Origin: Candidatus Latescibacterota bacterium | GTDB taxonomy: Bacteria > Latescibacterota > UBA2968 > UBA8231 | Assembly: GCA_965248265.1 (NCBI GenBank) | Contig: CBDFJF010000001.1 | Coordinates: 2,368,001 to 2,432,000 of the forward strand | Reading direction: 5' to 3' | DNA length: 64,000 nucleotides | Part shown: positions 59,288 to 64,000 of the stretch, piece after piece | Position numbering within the stretch: the stretch's first letter is position 1 | Layout of the letters: each line of letters opens with the position of its first letter | Notes under the pieces: model-generated | Told to the model about the DNA's origin: nothing | Databases searched by the model: none | The model's input: the letters and a program-made list of their open reading frames with translations, nothing else | Made by a program: the position numbers and the translations under genes

Positions 59288-59709
59288 CAGATCAGGAGAA
59301 GGGTGCTGCTGAGGTGGAGCGGTACGGAGAGCAGAGCTTGTTGCTTGGCTGGGCCCGAGCGCCTTGCCTGTTGCGCGCCGAAAGGTGTTGGCTGCAGGAA
59401 AGCTATCACTGGAAGAAGTGAACCATGTAGGGCGCCTTGAACGGGTACGAAAACTGGCGGGATGGTAGCAAAATTCGTGTTGGTGAGCACCACATCGCGA
59501 CAGACGCCGCAGTGACCGGGAGCTACCTCTTGAAAGGCAGCGGCATCCGAGCAACTTCCCTCCACGGCTACCGAGGCCTCCACAGCGATATGTCCATCCG
59601 CACCCAGACACAGTACGAGATTTTGCATCGGACCTTGAGCTGCAAAGATACAGATCAGGATTGCCGCAAGCGCCGTCGTTGACCTGCCAAGGAGAGTGTG
59701 GATAGGCAT
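59287..59709 (-). CDS. Small exported Cys/His protein heading the czc operon (CzcI-like position)
   Basis: Hydrophobic N-terminus; VLCLGADGH, C, HCGVC; hydrophobic C-terminus STLLLI; co-oriented with czcCBA. Confidence 0.6.
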   Translation of the reverse strand: MPIHTLLGRSTTALAAILICIFAAQGPMQNLVLCLGADGHIAVEASVAVEGSCSDAAAFQEVAPGHCGVCRDVVLTNTNFATIPPVFVPVQGALHGSLLPVIAFLQPTPFGAQQARRSGPAKQQALLSVPLHLSSTLLLI

Positions 59710-59905
59710 GGCTATTACAATCGGCATTGGAGGATCGTTGTCAAGCCTTACTGCGGTGACTCAAACTTCAGCCGCAGAGTCTCATCGTCGTCTACAGCAC
59801 GGTTGCGTTGGCCGCATCGCTCGGCCCCACGCCTCTGGACATACATGCTGCCAGCCAATAACGTAATCGTACCATGCACATCGGCAATCAACCGGAGGTC
59901 AGGCG

Positions 59906-60481
59906 ATGCAGACCCGGAAACTGGGCGACACCAGCGTCGAAGTTTCGATCGTCGGAATCGGCGGCTGGCAGATGGGAGGTCCGGACACCCCGGACGGCAA
60001 CGGGCACAGCGAGGCCGTTATCGGACGAGCTATGGTGGGCCGGCGCGACCGCTGGGTCATCGCTACTAAGGGAGGCCGAGTCAAGAATCCGGAGAAACGG
60101 GGCGAGTACAAGGATTACTCCGCTTCCCACATCCGCGATGCTTGTGAGGCAAGCCTCGGACGGCTCGGCACCGACTACATCGATTTCTATCAACTACATG
60201 GTGATCTCCCCGACGAGGCCCTGGTTGAGGAGCATGCTGGGGGTCTGAATCTCTCCTTTCTATGGGAGGGCACGGGTAGGACACCGGCACAGGCTGCGCT
60301 GCGTTTCGTTGTGGACCAACCCGGCGTGACGGCTGCCATTCCCGGGACCAAGAAGATGGAGCATCTGGAAGACAACGTCGGTGCCACCGATGTCGCCCCG
60401 CTGACAGCAGAAGAGCTGCAGCGCGTGGAGGAAGTTGCCACCGCATTGGCTGAGAAACGCACTCACCAGCAGCGCCGCTAG
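59906..60481 (+). pseudogene. Internally deleted aldo/keto reductase
   Basis: AKR N-terminus, ATKGG, SLGRLGTDYIDFYQLH and AQAALRF...IPG are present; the DTAxxYG segment and the central barrel part are missing; only 191 aa. Confidence 0.7.
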
Positions 60482-60535
60482 TTGATTGTTGTTTTCAACC
60501 TGACATGCCGCTTTAACAATATCGAAAGGCAGATC

Positions 60536-61501
60536 ATGAGTTCGATCTTGGAGCAACGTCCCTTCGGTAACACCGACTCCACGACCACAGCTCTCGGCCT
60601 GGGATGCGGCCACATCGCCAAGCACTCCTTCGCCACCGGCGTCGACACCATTCACCGGGCTCTCGAGCTCGGTGTGCGCTATTTCGATACGGCACCGTTC
60701 TACGGACGTGGGATGTCACAGGCCGTGCTCGGAGAGGCATTGCAGAATCGCACAGAAGAGTATTTGCTGGCAACGAAAGTGGGACGACTGCGCACACCAA
60801 AGCATTTCCGTTCGGCCGACGCGATACGGGCACAGCTGGACGAAAACCTGCGGCTGCTGCGTCGTCCAGATGTCGATGTGCTCCAAATTCACGAAGCGGA
60901 TTGGCATGCGTGGTGGTCCGACGTTCCCCGTCAAGACGAGAGCAGCAACGTCGACCACGCCATAGACTATGAATTCGATGAAGCCCCGGTTATGCGTGTG
61001 CTGCGCGAAGCCAGAGAGCAGGGCGTCTGCAAGGCGATTGGCGTCACCGGCAATTCCGCTGCCGATACCGCGTTCGTACTGCGCCATGTCGACGTCGACA
61101 CCTACCTGCTCGCTTTCAACTACAACCCCGTGGAGCGTGAGGCCCGCACCGAGTCATTCCCCCTGGCACGAGAGAAAGGCGTGGCGATGATTCTGGGAGG
61201 GGTGCTGACCCGAGGACAGCTCACTGCAAAGAGCGATGAGCTGTTCGAGTCGCCGCCCAAGTGGATGACGTCGCAAATCAGCGAGAGCCTGCGGGTCCTT
61301 TACAAGATCCACGACGACACCGGCATCTCGTTGCCGGCACTGGCGCTGAGATTCGTCCTTGCGGATCCAAGTGTCACCGTCGCCCTCATCGGCGCCGCCA
61401 CGCCTGCGGAAATCGAAGAGAACGTCGAGGCAGCTAGTGCAGGACCGCTGCCCGCAGATATTCATCAAGCTGTGGAAGACGTGGTGAAGGAGCCCGGTTA
61501 G
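60536..61501 (+). CDS. Aldo/keto reductase
   Basis: LGLGCG, FDTAPFYG, ATKVG, VDVLQIHE, LALRF, LIGA. Confidence 0.92.
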   Translation: MSSILEQRPFGNTDSTTTALGLGCGHIAKHSFATGVDTIHRALELGVRYFDTAPFYGRGMSQAVLGEALQNRTEEYLLATKVGRLRTPKHFRSADAIRAQLDENLRLLRRPDVDVLQIHEADWHAWWSDVPRQDESSNVDHAIDYEFDEAPVMRVLREAREQGVCKAIGVTGNSAADTAFVLRHVDVDTYLLAFNYNPVEREARTESFPLAREKGVAMILGGVLTRGQLTAKSDELFESPPKWMTSQISESLRVLYKIHDDTGISLPALALRFVLADPSVTVALIGAATPAEIEENVEAASAGPLPADIHQAVEDVVKEPG

Positions 61502-62223
61502 TCACCCACCTTCACACTGCCCCAGGTCGGAGTAGCCACCGCCGTCGCCGACGGCGTTGTGAATTCGATTCGCAGGACCGGCCTCACGGTTGGATCTTCG
61601 TGCTCGCGGCTGTTGAATCGCTTGGCCGTGGTCCCTGATTCTTCGTTACCCCGTATCACCCAACCAAAGTTATTCTCCGGGTCATCAAACCATTCCTGAA
61701 CATCAGACACCAGCTGGTCTGTCGATTCCCATGTGTAGGAACCGACGTCGTCTATCGCCTGAACGGCGCTGACTGTTTCAGAGAAGACCCCACCGGCAAG
61801 CGCCCATGCTGCTCCGCCCGAGAAGGCGTGCGTCCAGGTAACATCGTTGTCGAGTGCCTCGGTGCCGGCCCCCTCCTCTACACTGGCGTTCGATTCGCCT
61901 TCACCCCAATCAGCCAGCACTCGGCGTAGTTCAACATCCCCGGTCTCCGATATACTCCGCGACATGTGCATCGTCAGCTCTGTTCGTTCGACTGTAGCAC
62001 CGGGGGGCAGAGCCGCTGACACGTCGAAGGCCACCAATCCGCGTCGAATGGAGCTTTTTGCGGTGTTGCCGGCGAAAAGATACTGACCTGCTCCATTGCT
62101 GAAGCGTCCCTCTTCATCCTCATAAAGCGTGTTGTCCTTGACCGGGGTCAGCTCGGTAGTTTCGGCTGCGATGAGGCTTGCCCCCAGCAGTACGCCAAAC
62201 GCAGCGACCATTGTCTTCAGCAT
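61498..62223 (-). CDS. Secreted DNRLRE-like domain protein with a C-terminal TWGSVK motif
   Basis: Signal peptide; KDNTLYE, RRGLVAFD, NFGWVI, FNSRE, RPVLRI; tail TAVATPTWGSVKVGD. Confidence 0.72.
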   Translation of the reverse strand: MLKTMVAAFGVLLGASLIAAETTELTPVKDNTLYEDEEGRFSNGAGQYLFAGNTAKSSIRRGLVAFDVSAALPPGATVERTELTMHMSRSISETGDVELRRVLADWGEGESNASVEEGAGTEALDNDVTWTHAFSGGAAWALAGGVFSETVSAVQAIDDVGSYTWESTDQLVSDVQEWFDDPENNFGWVIRGNEESGTTAKRFNSREHEDPTVRPVLRIEFTTPSATAVATPTWGSVKVGD

Positions 62224-62248
62224 CTCAAACCAACCTTTCCATGCGTAC

Positions 62249-62293
62249 AAAAAGCCGGCTCGCAGAACGCGATTGCGAGTCCTGCGAGCCGGC
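62249..62293 (-). terminator. Intrinsic terminator (GCCGGCTCGCAG...CTGCGAGCCGGC + T5)
   Basis: 12-bp perfect stem followed by 5 T, downstream of the CHRD gene. Confidence 0.8.
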
Positions 62294-62316
62294 CCGTGTC
62301 AGTGTAGGCGGTCGAA

Positions 62317-63141
62317 CTATTGCTTGTTCTGTCCCTTCACCTCACCCCAGCTCGCGGCTTCGACCGCGCTCATGGCGGCACTGGTAACCTGACCGCGGAC
62401 CTCACCGGATCCGTAGTCAGGCGTGTGTATGTTGATGTAGATCTCGCCAGAGGTTAGCGCATCCATCATATCACTGGGAACATCCCAGACCCCCGAACTG
62501 ACCCACACGCCGTCGGCGTTGAAATCGCCTTCCAATCCCTGCGCCACGCCGCCGTTCTCACCGGCGGGGGCGTTGTGAAAGTGGGAGGCCGCGATATTGG
62601 GCAGACCCCAGACCTGAATTTCGTAGGTCAAAGCGCTGCCATCCAGGGACAGCGATGCCGTGCCGCCCGGATCGGGAATCGCCGGCCCCACCTGGGCGCG
62701 CTCCAACGAGGCTGAAAAATCCGCACCCTCGCCCAACACCTGACCGCGGATCTCACCGCCGCCGTAGTCGGCCGTGTGCACGTTGATGTAGATTTCGCCG
62801 CTGCGGATCGCATCGGCCATTTCGGCGGGAATTTCAGTCCAGACACCGGCACTGACCCAGCTGTCACCCTCGATCGCACCTTCCAGTCCGAAAGCGACGC
62901 CACCGTTCTCACCCGCCGGAGCGTTGTGAAAGTGCGCCGCTGAAACTTCAGGGATGCCCACCACGCTGATGTCGTAGGTGAGTTCGGTTCCATCGTCATT
63001 GAGGGTGAGAGTCGCGGTGCCGCCAGGTTCGGGAATCGGCGGTACTTCCTGTGAGCGGCCTATGGTGGCTACGAAATCCTGGGCTACGGCCACTCCTGCC
63101 GTCAGGACTATGGCTGAAACGCAAGCGTGCATTACTTTCAT
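62317..63141 (-). CDS. Secreted tandem CHRD-domain protein with a C-terminal SWGEVK motif
   Basis: Two internal repeats with HFHNAPAGENGGVA...YIN(V/I)HT.DYG.GE(I/V)RGQ; tail SAVEAASWGEVKGQNKQ. Confidence 0.88.
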   Translation of the reverse strand: MKVMHACVSAIVLTAGVAVAQDFVATIGRSQEVPPIPEPGGTATLTLNDDGTELTYDISVVGIPEVSAAHFHNAPAGENGGVAFGLEGAIEGDSWVSAGVWTEIPAEMADAIRSGEIYINVHTADYGGGEIRGQVLGEGADFSASLERAQVGPAIPDPGGTASLSLDGSALTYEIQVWGLPNIAASHFHNAPAGENGGVAQGLEGDFNADGVWVSSGVWDVPSDMMDALTSGEIYINIHTPDYGSGEVRGQVTSAAMSAVEAASWGEVKGQNKQ

Positions 63142-63499
63142 GTTCGTCGTTCTCCTCGGCTATGTGCATGTTTTCCAGGAGCGCCCTTGGGGTGCTTCTG
63201 GTTTGGGCTGAACAAGCCCCGTTTAACCAGAGGACCATGCAAGCGGCGTACCATGATTACGGATCTTTCATATTGTCTATTAAGTTGTTGTTTATAATAC
63301 GTTTAATGTTTGTCATTTTGATTCGGTGCATTTTGACAAGTGCAGCGATAGTGCGGCAGTTGCTCGAGCGTGATTGGTATAACCTTGTGTCTCGGATTGG
63401 GTTGGAGCTGGGTGTGAAAGTCAGGCTAGTGTAGCCGTTTTGCGGCAGTTATCATCCATGTCCGCTCATGCTCCGACCTGCAAAACTGGATTGAGTGAA

Positions 63500-64000
63500 A
63501 TGAATCAGCGCATACCCGGTTTCTCCTTCCTCCTTGCCTTGGGTCTCATGCTCAACTCGGCCCCGGCAAATCTCTTCGCCGGCGACCATGACTGGCCGCA
63601 ATGGCGGGGTCCAGACCGAACTGGGCTCTCGGCACAAAGCGGGCTCCTCAAATCGTGGCCGGAGGGCGGCCCCGAACTCGTCTGGATCCATCAGGACGGG
63701 GGCCTTGGGTATTCGAGCAACGCCGTCGTCGACGATCGCCTCTACACGATGGGCCTTCGGGAAGACGCAGAATTCGTCATCGCCCTGGACCTCGACGATG
63801 GCCATGAAGTCTGGTCAACGGAAATCGGACCGCTCTTTACCAATAGTTGGGGTAACGGTCCACGCTCCACGCCAACGATCCGCGACGGCCGTGTGTACGC
63901 CCTTGGGGCAGCCGGTGACATCGTCTGCCTGCAGGCAACCGACGGCAAACTCGTGTGGAATCGAACCATGGCTGACTTCGGCGGCAGCACTCCGGATTGG
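63500..64000 (+). CDS. PQQ-like beta-propeller repeat protein (BamB-like); runs off the window end
   Basis: Absent from the track. Manual translation gives MNQRIPGFSFLLALGLML...DWPQWRGPDRTG...WPEGGPELVW...GYSS...GPRSTPTI. Confidence 0.8.
   Translation, partial: MNQRIPGFSFLLALGLMLNSAPANLFAGDHDWPQWRGPDRTGLSAQSGLLKSWPEGGPELVWIHQDGGLGYSSNAVVDDRLYTMGLREDAEFVIALDLDDGHEVWSTEIGPLFTNSWGNGPRSTPTIRDGRVYALGAAGDIVCLQATDGKLVWNRTMADFGGSTPDW

Noticed and set aside
63240-63440. AT-rich segment as foreign DNA or a mobile-element end
   Set aside because: It is a short divergent intergenic region with promoter-like words (TATAAT, TTGACA); no transposase, integrase or terminal repeats are present.
77-63990. Numerous long antisense or overlapping ORFs in the track (e.g. 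28882-29814, 45158-46192, 40878-41795, 29986-30750)
   Set aside because: Shadow ORFs expected in high-GC coding DNA; they overlap well-supported genes and carry no motifs.
1-64000. Genome-wide TGA reassignment (code 4 or 25) as the explanation for the in-frame TGAs
   Set aside because: TGA ends many full-length conserved genes here (dapL, nadA, xylA, cysH, argC, rfbB, dut), so it is a normal stop.

Overview
GC-rich bacterial chromosomal segment made mostly of housekeeping and metabolic genes: pepF-like (partial), parC/parE, a DEAD-box helicase, gltX, glnS, dapL, nadA, xylA, murB, murD, cysH, argC, rfbB, dut, fhs and ctaA, plus a czcCBA-like RND efflux operon, two paralogous ABC exporters with a DUF1854-like gene, and several secreted proteins. 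Two secreted proteins end in an AVxxx(S/T)WGxVK motif, which suggests a Latescibacterota/Poribacteria-like lineage (inference only). No rRNA, tRNA, CRISPR array or mobile element was seen. Main discoveries: (1) Two genes carry an in-frame TGA followed by a hairpin with the same CGUGC loop. One is a DsbA/FrnE-type UxxC selenoprotein that the ORF track truncates. The other is a ~930-aa secreted FG-GAP/ASPIC-UnbV/thioredoxin protein that the track splits in two, and is a candidate new selenoprotein type. (2) A ~330-nt structured non-coding region with tandem terminators and an antiterminator option precedes a stand-alone Fis-like HTH gene. (3) A small ribbon-helix-helix-like gene is coupled to nadA, with a palindrome over the -10 box, making it a candidate new NAD-biosynthesis repressor. 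(4) A 21-bp palindrome-containing tandem array lies upstream of parE-parC. All calls come from reading motifs by eye; no database search or folding program was run.
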